From Rhina ancylostomus (Eukaryota): a DNA stretch of 64,000 nucleotides. Below are positions 24,171 to 37,160 of this stretch, piece by piece. A program made the translations under genes and the position numbers. The stretch lies in the NCBI GenBank assembly GCA_030265395.1, contig JARFYF010000053.1:19149152-19213151 (forward strand). The letters are read 5' to 3'. The notes beneath the pieces were generated by a model. It worked only from the letters and a program-made list of their open reading frames with translations, was not told where the DNA came from and searched no databases. The stretch's first letter is position 1, and each line of letters begins with the position of its first letter.

Positions 24171-24744
24171 CTGAAAGAAAAACTTCTTTTCATTTCTCAT
24201 TAATTTAATTGCAAATATCTTATAGCCAGTAGGTGATATTCTTTTAAGATATTTGACAGACCGAACAACATGAAAACAAAATTCTATATTATGACCAGTT
24301 GGAGCCAGAAATTGGGAAGAATATCTGAAATAAAAATGATGGTAATTGGCTATATTGTCTTTCAACTTGTGCCTTTACTCAGCATGTAGTTTCTGATGTG
24401 AGGGTAAATTTATTAAATGCATTCCAGCAGCGAATAATCTCCAGTCATATTTCTGATTCATTGAAATGAATAGATTGAAATCTTATTGGCCTGGATTTTA
24501 CTGTACTAATTAAAGCAAAGCTCTGTGTTTGACGTTATTTCTGGTAAAACTGACAGCAATTTCTTGCATCTGTATATGTAGGGTTAAATGAGAATTTTGA
24601 AATCATTGTCCTTGGAGCTCTGGAAATGGATATAATTTGTCCTAGGAGCTCTGGAAATAATATATTTACAAATTTGTTACAAAATAGCAGGCAAAATAGT
24701 GCCTTAAAATTTATGGCTTGCTTGTGAAATGCATGTATACCAGA

Positions 24745-25040
24745 AGGAGCTGCTGCTTCTAGAGCCTGGGTTCAATTGTTACCTCATTTGCTGTGTGTGT
24801 GGAGTTTGTACATTCTCCCCATGACTGTGTGTTTCTGCCTCCATCCAAAAATTACCCCTATTGCAGATGGGTGGTGGGAGAACTTGAGGGAGCATGTGGG
24901 AGAGAATAGTTTGCAGGGAAAATGAATTCATCATTTTGCAATATTATGTGGTAATCCACATGAACACCAAAACAATGGTATTCACTTTTCTCCTGACAAA
25001 AATAAAAAAAAATGTGCCTGTAGGTGGAATGGGACTGAGT
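24745..25040 (+). mobile_element. V-domain SINE (degraded)
   Basis: cctgggttcaat...gtgtggagtttgtacattctccccatgactgtgtgtttc. Confidence 0.7.
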
Positions 25041-28000
25041 TATTGGTAACAGCCAGGAAATCATCAATTGCGTGAATGCAATCTTTCATCTCAATTCTCC
25101 ACTTTCAAAGTTTTGCCTTGAGCATCAACCTGCTCTCTTCCTCCGGGTAATAAGAGCTACTATTGTTTCCATGCCAAAGATGCCACAGGATAGTTTTTTC
25201 TTGTGGTCCTGGGTGCTAGGTTGTGCATACTTATCCAATATTTCATGTGAAGCCATGCATATACGTAACCGGTTGCACATCAATCAATAACAGCATTCAT
25301 GCCACTAGGCTGCCAATTAAATTGTGTTATGTACTCATATATGTAGCATAATGAACAATGAAGTATAATGCATGTGTTTTCTGAAATATCATATTTTAAT
25401 GCTCAGTTTTAAAAAGAATGTAGGAGGAAAAGGGATGGAGATGTATTTATCCTACTGTAATGTACAAATAATTAATGCTGAATTTCTTTCTTCAAAGCTT
25501 TCATTTTGGATCAAACTAATTTTTAATGAAAGTAAGTACAAATACTTATTTTTGGACACTTGGTTCACAGAACGGGGTGGTGAAACCTCACCTGAGTTCA
25601 AGATCTGTCAGTTAATCTCACTTAGCAGGTAACTACCAGCTATAGTTCCTTCTATGAATCTCCTGGTGAGTCCAGAATTGCCATGAATATGCAAGTCCTG
25701 TCAGCTGCCAGGGAAATTGGCACATGCAAATATATTCTTGGCACTGTATGCCATCTGTACATAAATGGGAAGGATTTTCAAACTGTGGTAAATGAATGCA
25801 GATTCCTACAGGTGCCCTGATGTGGATACAACCAATTAGGATCCCAGATACTGATTTATGCAGAAACAGCAAAGGAAAATTTCAGATTTCATTCAGATGT
25901 AAGAAACAATAGTGAATTAAGAACAGACTTTGACTATTTCCCTGATACTACTATCTAGTGTATCTTCGCAAAGAAGATAAATGCTGCAATTAACTTCACT
26001 CGTGTCAGCATTTATTTCATATGAAATGGCTTCCAATATCCACTTAAGTTTTAAAATTCTTTCCAACATTCATTGATAGTTCATAGATCTCAATAAAATA
26101 GGAAAATCAAGATGTCTGTGGTGAAGTACTTCTCAGATAGCCCCATTATATTTAGTTCAGGCCACTTCAATACCATGTTTCTTTCTTAGCCAAAAGGTTA
26201 GGCCAGATATGCAATCTTCAATCTTTCCTGCTTTTATCTCGCATGACCTTTACTCTAATTGGGCATGGGTTTAACATCTGTTGCTCTTTTGAAACAGAGG
26301 TGCAGATAAAATCAGCTCCATTAAATGACTGTTCTGTTCCCACTCAATTAATAATCATATTAATTTTAACCAAATACTTTTTTTGGCAGCCATATCAGAT
26401 GTAGACAAGTATCTTATGAATATGTGTAATCCAGAGTCTTATGATACCATTAGATCCACAATGCATTTCGAATTTTACAAATGGAACTCTTGGCCAGTGC
26501 CCAACTTGTGTTTGAAGCCTGGTTTTGGAGGGCCACTGATGACATTATTTAAAAGGAAATGTAGGTTTCAAATTAATACAAGAAATATTCACTACTTGTA
26601 TTACTTATTATTCTACTTGTCCACCACTTAATTTCTAAATTTGTATGTGAACATTACGTTTTCAAGCATTTCTTTTGCAATTGATTTTGCTTCTAATTAT
26701 ATGCAAGATATTATGTTCTTAATTTTCATTACTGTTGCTTATAAAGAAGATATGTTTGTTTTAGTTCTAACCATAATAGCAGTCAAGTAAACACCTAAGA
26801 CCTCAACCAAAATTTCATTATTTTCTACATTTGGACAAAATTCTGAATTGACAACATATTTTATAACACCAGCCAAATACTTTGCTTTAAGAATGCAGCT
26901 TTTAAAATATGGATGGTATGCATGGACTACTGACCAATCAGATTTATTCATAGGCACTTAATTGAATATGGTAGTCAATATAATGATGGGGTAAAGCAGG
27001 AGAGAGGGGAGTATCCAGGTTGGTAAAACTTTGCAGATATTATTTTTTATCATTAACAATTTGGTTGTGATTTATTATAGGAACCAAAAGTTAATCCATT
27101 TGCCCCAAACATTTTTAATAACTAAGAATATCCAATTTTAGCAAACAATGGTAGAATCTGAAAACCTTCAGATTTTGGTAGAATCTGAACCAAAATTAAA
27201 AAATAAAAAAGATTCAAACCTTATTTATAAATTACTGGACTACCTTTGGTGACAAAAATAATGTTAAAATAATGAAAAGAGATATTTGCCACAAATACCA
27301 AGATCTCAGGTTCAAGCCATTATAGAGCTGTTCTATTGCATTCAATTTATAATTAATTCTTATCTACATATCCTCTTATTTTGTGAAAAAATAAGCACTT
27401 GAAATACGTTGCAGAAAATCAGTGGCTTTTCCAAAATTCCAATGAATTTTACAGGTCCTGGATTAATAAGGAAATTCCCTAATAAGAAAGTTCTTCTTAA
27501 TTCAAAAAACCTTCTCTGTTTAAGATGGACTTTAAGGCAGGCAGGAACAGTTTTTGTTTCAAATTCCCATTTTCTGACCCTCAAAGAGGCTTGGTTTTGC
27601 ATGATGGATCTTTTCAGTGGGAATTTGGAGCTTGACCCAGATAAGGGTATAGGCAGTCTGCAAATGAGAATGATGGATTTTTTGAAAAAACTATAGGTCT
27701 CAAATCCATCTGCAACAGATCAGGATATCGTCAAGCTGATGTCAGTGTCCTGAACCAGGTTGCTTCTTTGTGACCTTGTTGTGCCTGCCAGCAATAAAAT
27801 AAATGCTCAAGAATATAAGGTCAATAAAAGCACAAAGATCAATGTTGAGATGGCCATTTTATTTGCAGCTACCTGTGCCATATTGAACAAGGATGTGCTC
27901 TTATTGCTTCTTGTTCTTGTCCACACAGGCATTTAAATCACTGGGCAGTGAGTTTGTTTCCTTCAGGACATTCTTGATGATTTGTTCCAGTTGAGAACAA

Positions 28001-29810
28001 TTTTAATGTTTGGAGTTGTCAAGTTTTAACTCATTGATAGATAGAAGAGTAAAAGTTCTCAAGTTGATACTTACACCAAGTTGCATGATTTTCTCATTGA
28101 TGGTTACAGCAGGGGACTAAGGATTGAAGACGGCCAGCAAATTGGACATTATGTCCCTTTATTCATTGCCATTTTCTCAGACCATCAGAGTTGGTTGCAC
28201 ACTTCATCCAGTGATCCTGTTTCTCAAGTTTCATCTTGCTGAGGGTTGCAATAGTAATGCCCATCAGTCACAGCTCTTTTCTGATCATGATCATTTGATT
28301 AAAGTCCAGTTAACATGCTTTGGATATACCCAGAAAAAGTTAATGGTTAAGAAAGAGCCAGGAAAGAAGTATTTGTAAGCCCACCTCTTACAGGGTATTC
28401 CCCTGATTGGGACAAGGAGCCCCACAGAACCCCACCCTCAAAGTCCAGTTGGTTGGACATCTAAACTCCTATAAAGTGTAAAGGGTTTTTCCTTATCAGT
28501 GCTGATGATCCTCAACCACATGGTCAGGGTAAGGCCAGCAAAGCTAGGCCTTGTGATATGAGACATTCCCAGCTGCCAAGGGGCAAAAGGTTCACTCTGA
28601 GAAGGCTTGAAGACATATGCTTATTTCTTCAAAATCATGTAGTTGTTTGAAATTCCCAGAAATTTTATGTGACAAGTGGAACTACAAAAATTTTTCACTC
28701 CCACCACATTCAGCAGAAGCCTATCAGAAGTGCTGAAAATCCATATCTAGATCTCAGACCAATGTGTGTCCCTGATTGTCCCAATCAAACTCGAATGCTG
28801 AACCAATCTTATCAGCTGAAGGAAGTCCAGGCCAAAGGCAGGGACTCTTCTAATCAGAAGCTCCCATATTATTGCCTTAAGGGAGGCTAGCCCTAACAAA
28901 AAATATCTTTGTAGGGTTAACTGGTTTGGCTCAGAAACTGGCAATACAAAGATGAGGCAACTGGCAGATGGTTCTCAGGGGAACTATCATCAAACTAAAG
29001 TGCTTCTCCAGCTTCTTACTCTAATGCGTGGACTTCAATGCATCTTTTATGGATACATTGCCAATTTTCCCTAGACAGCATGTGCTCTTATTCAAAACCA
29101 AAGGTTTAAGGCATTATTTTGTACTATGTCATGCTTGTGCACAGTGTTCTTAAAAGGGACATTGCATGAGAGGAAGATTAGCATAAATGCAAATCGCCTT
29201 TTCAGTTCAATAGAACCAACAGAATCATAATGACATTTTTGCTCCAAAATTAAGAATTGATACACAGTAGTTCATTTACTGTGTGTTAACCATATATTTC
29301 CTGTTTTTATTTATTATTGGTGTAATATTAGGGCAGAATTAATCAAAGTCCACATATCTTCAATAATACATTTTGAGAGAATTAAAACAGATTTTTAAAC
29401 CATACACTTGTAAATATTCTGCATGACACCAAATAATAGTATTATCTCCACTAAATCATTTATTGAGGCTGATATTGTAAAAATAATTTGAAGACCCAAG
29501 GCCAGATAATATTTAATAAAATGTGTGAGCTGCCCTGTGGAAGTTTAACTTTGATCATTGAACAGAAAGTTGAAACTTAACTGCCTTTTCATGGCCAAGG
29601 TTCAATATTGCTACATTTCTGTTTCAGTGCCCATTACTCTGAGTGCTGTACCTATTGAACTCAGAGTTTATATTTTAATCTCATGACATCAGTTTACATT
29701 AATTGCACTTTATTATTTTGCGTGATTTAATTTTTGACAAAGTCTGCATTAAATCTGTTTGGAAATGTTTACCATGTTGGTTTAGCCTAAACTGATTAGA
29801 TATTGAATCA

Positions 29811-29906
29811 ACTCAGTGGGCTCCATTCAACTCAATTCAACTCCACTGCATTCCTCCAGCATTTTGTGTGTTGCTCCAGATTCCACCATCTGTAGTCTCT
29901 TGTGTC
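29811..29906 (+). mobile_element. 96-bp Penelope-derived insertion with a 14-bp target-site duplication
   Basis: tagatattgaatca at 29797-29810 and 29907-29920 flank ...ttcctccagcattttgtgtgttgctccagattccaccatctgtagtctcttgtgtc. Confidence 0.8.
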
Positions 29907-30409
29907 TAGATATTGAATCAGTTTGGGCATTCTCTGCAAAAAAAATTAACAAATTTTGTTGTTAAATGTCTAACACAACAGAGTATCCCAGAATCATCAA
30001 ATAATAATGGTCAGAAAGAAACTAATTGTTCCTTTGCATCTGTGCAAAATATATTTCCTTTTTCTGAGTAAGATCGGACATAAGATATATACATTTCACA
30101 GAACACTGATAAACTAACGTATAGCAGAAGCAAATTTCACATGAAGAAAATTGGCCTTGAAGACAAACTGATCTGCAACAGAGGTGAAGAATTATTTCAT
30201 CCAAAGTATAAGAACTATCATTTGAAACTCATCTGGTAGCACAGATGCTTCAGACCCAGAGACTGAGCGTTCTAATCGCACTTCAAAGACATGGGCAAAG
30301 ATATCTTGGAATAATAAGGAAATACTACATTGTTGGAGGTACTGTATTTTGGATATCAAAATAAACCAAGACTCCATGTGCTCTACTTAGGAAAAAATAA
30401 AAGTCTCTC

Positions 30410-30625
30410 AGCTCTATTTTAAAGAAGAGCCATGACCTAAACTTAATCCTAACTCAACATTTTTAAAACAGATTATCTGGTCATTATAAGATTGTTATTT
30501 GTAGGACCTTGCTCTGGCATATTGTTTCCTGCATTTTGTACATTATAACAGTGGCTGTATTTCAAAAGCACTTAATTATCTGTTAAACACTCTTTAGAAG
30601 AATACAAAAAGTGCCGTATGCAGTC
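30410..30625 (+). mobile_element. Deu-domain SINE (SacSINE1/AmnSINE1-like)
   Basis: aaagaagagc...aaaacagattatctggtcattat..attgttatttgtaggaccttgct...tacattataacagtggctgtatttcaaaagcacttaatt. Confidence 0.7.
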
Positions 30626-32159
30626 ACATCTCTGTTAAATGTAATGAAATGGGACTTAAGTTAAACAATACACATTTATTTTCTAAAGCTGAACATTGAG
30701 GTAGTAAAAGCAAACCAACAGTAAGAAAAAGATATTAATTTCCCCCATTACTCAGCCATGATCTAAACCTTTTAAGTTAAACAGTATTTCCTAATTTGTA
30801 ATTCTTCAGCAATAAATTAAGTGTGCAGATAAATAACGGCACTGACAACACAGGACGTGAGAAGATGGTGGAACATCAGTTACTAGGAAACCTTATCTTC
30901 ATTTAATGTGTGACTTGCATGACACCTTATCATTTATTTCACAAAGGGATGGGGTTGGGAGTGGCAACCTTTCACTATAAGATTATCAGTAGATATGTTA
31001 ACCATAGACCCTTAACAAAAATGTCACTTTCATCTTTAAAGCAATATTTCTTCCAGCATTAGCAAAACTCTACCGAGAACCTTAAGTATATAAAATAATA
31101 TTTAACCAATAAATATGACTATTTTATTACATATATTGAAATATCAATTTAAATTGTTGATAACAAGGCAAAAGAAAATTGATCATGGAATGTTATTGAA
31201 ATTTAGTGCATTCCATTCAATTTTTCTATGTTGCTGGTTTATTCTGGGGAAGAACTTCACGTGGTGTGGTTTTTCCTGAAGAAAAGGGATATAAAAATGG
31301 ATGTCATTCCAGGGTTAATTTTAGGCAATTCCTATAATTCTAGGCAATTCTTATAATGAGAAGTTTTTTAGCAATGGTCTAGGAGCAGATTGCCTCCTAT
31401 TCCAGCTGAGGTTGGTACTGAAAGATGCAAGAAAGGATTCTGTGTAAAAAGAATTCTGTTTTTCAGAATTTTCATTTCTAAATTTACTGTTTATATAATA
31501 TTGTTAAAATGGATAATGCCGGTCTTGCTTGTTCAGTTACAGTTGATTGGCTGCAATACATTGGCTTTGTGGGCACAGTTCATCTAGCAAATTTTAACAA
31601 GGCCCAAGGGATTTATTTATGAACATTGTTGTCTGTTTGAGATGTGGTATAAGCTTCAGTGACTCCATCTTAGCAGCTGTTAAATAAAGCACAATTATTA
31701 AATTCTTCATAATAAATTATAAGTATGCTATTTAACAATAAAACTAATAAAATGTTATTTGACAAGAAAATTGGATATTTTGCTACTGGTCAAAATTTAT
31801 GGAGTGACACATGATAAATAGATAGGATTTTACAATGCCAGATTTCATAGGAATATTACTACAATTGGAAGATCACTAGAAAACAGCCTAATTATGTAAT
31901 GAAGTGTAAACCTGAAGGTAAATTTTATGAAGCTCCTCATTGGTTAAGAACCTTTGCAAGGGCAGAAAATCCTGTGCAAAATGAAGCCTGCAAGATAGTT
32001 CATGAGAAGCAAACCAGGTCATGTGTTACCACAAAGACATTTGAAACTGTAATGCAGACAGTACGGTGAACTTGTAAATTAGTTGAATTCATCCGTTGTC
32101 GGATTTCAAGGGATCAAGTTTCTGAAGATTCAGCTTTACAAATGGGAATAATGTGCAGT

Positions 32160-32500
32160 ATAGTCATGCAGTAGAAGGCAGTACTACCTTCTACTACCTT
32201 CAGGATTGAATCCAGAGACCTGGATTCAATCCTGACCTCAGCTGCTCTCTGTGCAGAGTTTGGGCATTCTCACTGTGACCATATGGTTTCCTCTGATGGC
32301 CCTGGTTTCCTCCCACATGTCAAAGTTGTGTTGTTTGTAAATTAATTGAGTACTGAAAATTATGTGAATGGCTGGGGAAATACAAAGGGGTGGAGATGAT
32401 GGGGATCTATGTAGAAAAATGGGATCAGTGCAATGGATGCTTGATGGTTAGCATAGACTTAATGGGCCAAAGAACCCTCTTCTGTGCTGCATGATTCTAT
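32160..32500 (+). mobile_element. HE1-like V-SINE with CR1-type tail
   Basis: cctggattcaatcctgacctc head, ggtttcctc..ctggtttcctcccacat V core, tail gggccaaagaaccc...tgtgctgcatgattctat. Confidence 0.8.
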
Positions 32501-34769
32501 CATTTGCAAAACCTATTTGCACTCATTCTTGAAGACTCTGATCTTTTATTTAAGGGACATGGTAATGAATATAGATTGACCCTTGATGACTTTGGAGGGT
32601 TGAACAGCCCAGATTTTTTCTGTCCCTTTCTCTGGCATACATGTGCACTTGGAGTTTCCCAATACTTCAATAAAAATAAGCCATCCTCTTTGAAATTGAT
32701 CACTATTTCCCCTTTAAAAGTTTGGGAACTTTCCTAAGGCCCCAGCAGAACACATGCTAGGGCACAGAAAATAGAAACCATCATATTTGCAGTGAACTCG
32801 GTTTGCTAAGGATAACATACTTTATTCAAATCTATTGATAAATTGGAAGGAAAATTGTTTAAAAATACCAGTGAATTTTCCCCAAGCACTTGAATTAAAA
32901 TTCACTTCCTTATAAATATTATAAACAAATTACAACCATAATTTAAAACTTTTTGNNNNNNNNNNNNNNNNNNNNNNNNNNNNNNNNNNNNNNNNNNNNN
33001 NNNNNNNNNNNNNNNNNNNNNNNNNNNNNNNNNNNNNNNNNNNNNNNNNNNNNNNAATTACAACCATAATTTAAAACTTTTTGAAAAAACAGTAGATTGA
33101 TAAGACCAGCAAAAGTGAAAAAATATTCGAACATTACAACAATTGCTCTTTCATTACCATGAGTGCTTGAGTCAGTAAGTCTGTTGCCTATGTTTGTATT
33201 CCAGTTCTGATGGTTACTTAAAAAATTCAGGCAAAAGTTAATTTTTTAAAAATCGTTCTTTATTATCACAGGCTTATCACAGGTAGCAATAACAAATAAG
33301 TTATTTGTGCAGATGTTATCATAAACAGATGTGTCTTTGATGAGCAAAAGTAATCAGAAGTTCTGCTAATCAGGCACTCTTGATTAAAAAATAATTCAGA
33401 TAACACTCAGTCTTGTGACTCACATTTCCAGCATTCATTTTTTTTCTGCCCTTACCACTTCCTTTCACCAACTGTGCCAGCTTGATTTCAAACTGAAACA
33501 TTACTCTGCTACTGTCTCCATGGATGCAGTCTGATATGCTGAAGATTTTCTAACATTTTTGTTTTTAACTCAGCAATGATAAGATGACATGTTGTATAGT
33601 AATGCCTAAGTTGAAACAAAGTAAGACAGCTTCTGATGTAGTGTTCACAAGTATGTGGTGGGTCAGAAAAGATACCAATTATAGGCATAAGCAAGAAGTT
33701 AGATTATTTCTGTGAGCTAATTTTAACCTCACATAAACACAAAAGAAAGCCGTTTCCAAAATTCAGGTAAATGCAGATATATATTTTCCAAGAAGTCAAG
33801 GGAGGATCAATGAATTGTTCAGGTGTGGCTGTATTGTCATCATTCTTAATAGTTGAACAATGACTTACCTTAGTCAATGCCAAACAAGTTCCTCTGCCTC
33901 CAGCACATATTTGGTTTTCCTGATTTATGGAAGTTTATATAATTGTGTGTCATTGGTTGGTCAGCATTAGTTCTGTCTTCAATGTGTTTTAAATTGCAGG
34001 GAAAGAGAGATGAGGTAGAGAGAACAAAAGTTCGGGTCTGTGCTAAGGTGGAGACCAGGAGAGATTCACAGGTGGTGGTGGTACTTGCTGAAAGATAATG
34101 AGAAAGGTATGTTTGGAGTTGATGTGAATAGACCCCCCAGTGCAATGTGACAAGTTCTGGGTGCCTGACCTGTTCTATGTTCAGCCACTTTTCTCTCTTT
34201 TTTGGATTATGTTCAGCTCAAAGAGAGTCCACAGGATTACACCAGCAATAATCTCTTGAGGAACACAGGAACTTGCGTTTACATCGTGCTGGGAAAAAGC
34301 AATTTTGTCCCTATTATCGATGAAGTTAACACTGATTGCAGACAGGTTTTAATAATGTTTGAAAGTGCCATTCTACCAACATTAGATCATATGGGCAAAG
34401 GGTAATCATGCCCATCTTACTCCCTATTTTATTTTTAGGATCTCATGCAAACAATTTACCAACCAATGAAGAAATAACAGCAGGAACAAGCAAAACAATG
34501 GAACCAATGTCAACGTAAAGAATTTATTGTGTTAGCATATTCATTACTGTAGAAAATGGGTCAATATACTGACAAATATTGTTTAATGGCAAAGNNNNNN
34601 NNNNNNNNNNNNNNNNNNNNNNNNNNNNNNNNNNNNNNNNNNNNNNNNNNNNNNNNNNNNNNNNNNNNNNNNNNNNNNNNNNNNNNNNNNNNNNNNNNNN
34701 NNNNNNNNNNNNNNNNNNNNNNNNNNNNNNNNNNNNNNNNNNNNNNNNNNNNNNNNNNNNNNNNNTACA

Positions 34770-34920
34770 TCCCAGTTATTGTCCATAGGAACTTGCTGAG
34801 GGCAAATTGACATTTGCGATTATGACACTGCAGCAAAGATTACATTTTCAAAGTATTTGATTAGCTGTAAAATGCTCTGGGGAAAACTGAGGCCTTGAAT
34901 GATGTGATACAAATGTCAGT
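34770..34920 (+). mobile_element. Deu-domain SINE 3' part
   Basis: ggaacttgctgagggcaaattg...tacattttcaaagtatttgattagctgtaaaatgctctggg. Confidence 0.55.
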
Positions 34921-37056
34921 CTTAATTTTTATTTTCCCCCCAAAAATGATAAATTGTGGAGTTATGATTAGAAAACTTTTGCATAGTGGTGCCTGAACCT
35001 GAGGCCTTTTTGATCAATATAATCCAAATTGGCTATAACACCCCTGCCCAAGCTTGGATGAACTGTAGAGTGTCAAGAGGTGCTAGGACATTGAAAATAT
35101 TAGGATTGAACAAATCAAACTAAATTCCTTTGAGGTTCATGCAAAAATAAAACGGGAAGGTAGTTAATTTTCAAAAATTAAATTGCCAATGATTTAACAG
35201 TAAGTGAAGGGTTATCCGGCAATAGCTCAGATACATTTGTGATAACCGGCCAAAGTAAGTGCTAATGATTCCATCCTTTCTGCTCTCCTTGTGAGAGAGG
35301 AGGAATAGCAGGGTTTACCCTGCTACCCCAATCTTGCCACCCTAAGATTTCACCCCCTTGGCCTTGATCAGAGCCCTTATGTTCTCTCCTCATCTCCAAA
35401 CAGGTCATTGTGACCTCTGTGACTTCACGTGCCTTAAACCCACGTTCTGAAATCAACTGGAACTTTTATCCTTTACTCACTGCCAAGAATTGAACCTGTT
35501 GGCCCTTGCTTGTTGCTTCTTGTAGTGTGTTATTGTTTACAATCATCAATTAGGCTATGAACTTGGATGGTCACCAGGTGGGTGTGTGCCAGACTTTTAG
35601 ACCATGTGATTAAGATCATCAGGACCTCCATCACCACAGTCCTGACAATCTTAATTACATCCATTACAATTGCCTCATGAGTTGTACTACCTTTACTTTA
35701 ATCTCATCTATAAGTCTCTGTAATGATTCTTTCCCACCCCTCTATCAGTGAATTAGGCCACTGTCATTTCGATACAATGTCATCTTGTTTATATCTCAAC
35801 TACTATTGTGCAAAGGCATTTTGATGAGAAAAGTTGTGATAATCAGCATTTTGAAGAGCTGATTAAAGGGCCAACACCAGTAATAATTTAGCATTAACAT
35901 TTCCAATGGCACAGTAGAATAATGACTTAGAGAAACTGTAATTCTTACTTCTAACTGGATTTGTAAGCCACCAGATCACATGGGTTCAGTGAAGGAAACA
36001 GACAACTAAATTCCAATAAACATATATCATTTCATGGTCTGATAGCTCTATTCATTTCCTTGTATTCATGTGCTGTCCATCCTGCATGTGTCTCTAAATG
36101 AATAATTCCTCTCACATTTCTTTCAACAGATAGCTGTTTTGAAAGTTCATTTTAAAACCTTTTGGTTCCTAATGGTATGGACACAAACCTTGGTCTATTC
36201 TTACACATGAAGGTCATTGAAGTACATTTACAGTACAGCTGTCTGCCTGCTTTAATATTGGTTATTTTGAGTTTAAAATATTCTTGCTAAATGCTTGTGT
36301 GCAACAGACTGCCACAAAATGAAGGGATCATAATAGCTGCCAGGATTCCATGTATTCATGTCAAAGAATTGGAATTCCTGATTTGAGACGAATTTGACAT
36401 TTGGCAGCCTGAAACTTTGCAAACCCTCACTCTCATTCCACCTGCTTGCATCGGGGAAGTGGAAGTGAAATAAACTAACCATTCTAAAAAGATATTCACA
36501 GCCATAGTCACCATCACAGTGTACAGCCATGATATCCTTCTCCTACTGTTTGAGACTTACCTGTGACAGTTGTAAAATCTCAGTGATAACTCATGTAATG
36601 AAGCACATTCATTTTAATCATTGTTCATCACTGATATGCAGGCAGGTTAATTGCTTTAAGAGCATTCTTCCTGAGTCATGGTTCCTCCCAAGAATCTTCC
36701 TCCCCTATTCAAGTAACTCTTTCTATCTTGGGTGGTTTATTCTCTCTTCCAGTGATGCTCAATCTCAAGAGGTCCCATTAATTTTTTCAAATCCGGGAGC
36801 ACTTGGCTTATGCAAAAGGTATTCCAGACCAAACTCTTGTTTTTGAAACTGAATACAACTTTGGAAAGCACCAAAGAATTGCAAAATTGTGGTTACAGCT
36901 GGAAGAAATACTATTAATACAATAATTTGCAATGTCTCTGCACATGGTGGTCAGTGAAACTTACACCCCTCCCCCAGACACAAACACTTGGGCTGAAAAC
37001 ATTTCCAGAAAGGAGATGATTTCAAGACCAGTTTAATTCATTTGTTAGCAAGTACA

Positions 37057-37160
37057 ATGCTGGAATCTGGAGCAACAAACACGATGCTGAAGGAACTCAG
37101 TGGGTCAGGCATCATCTGTGAAAGGAAATGGACAGGGTTGAGACTCTTCATCTGGACTGT
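37057..37160 (-). mobile_element. Penelope terminal fragment
   Basis: Reverse complement cagtccagatgaagagtctcaaccctgtccatttcc...gcctgacccactgagttccttcagc matches 63860-63955. Confidence 0.75.

Noticed and set aside
32925-33085. Direct repeat aattacaaccataatttaaaactttttg on both sides of a 100-N gap (similar at 48110-48260 and 55355-55510)
   Set aside because: Most likely overlapping contig ends around placeholder gaps. A TSD of an unassembled insertion cannot be excluded, but the sequence does not show one.
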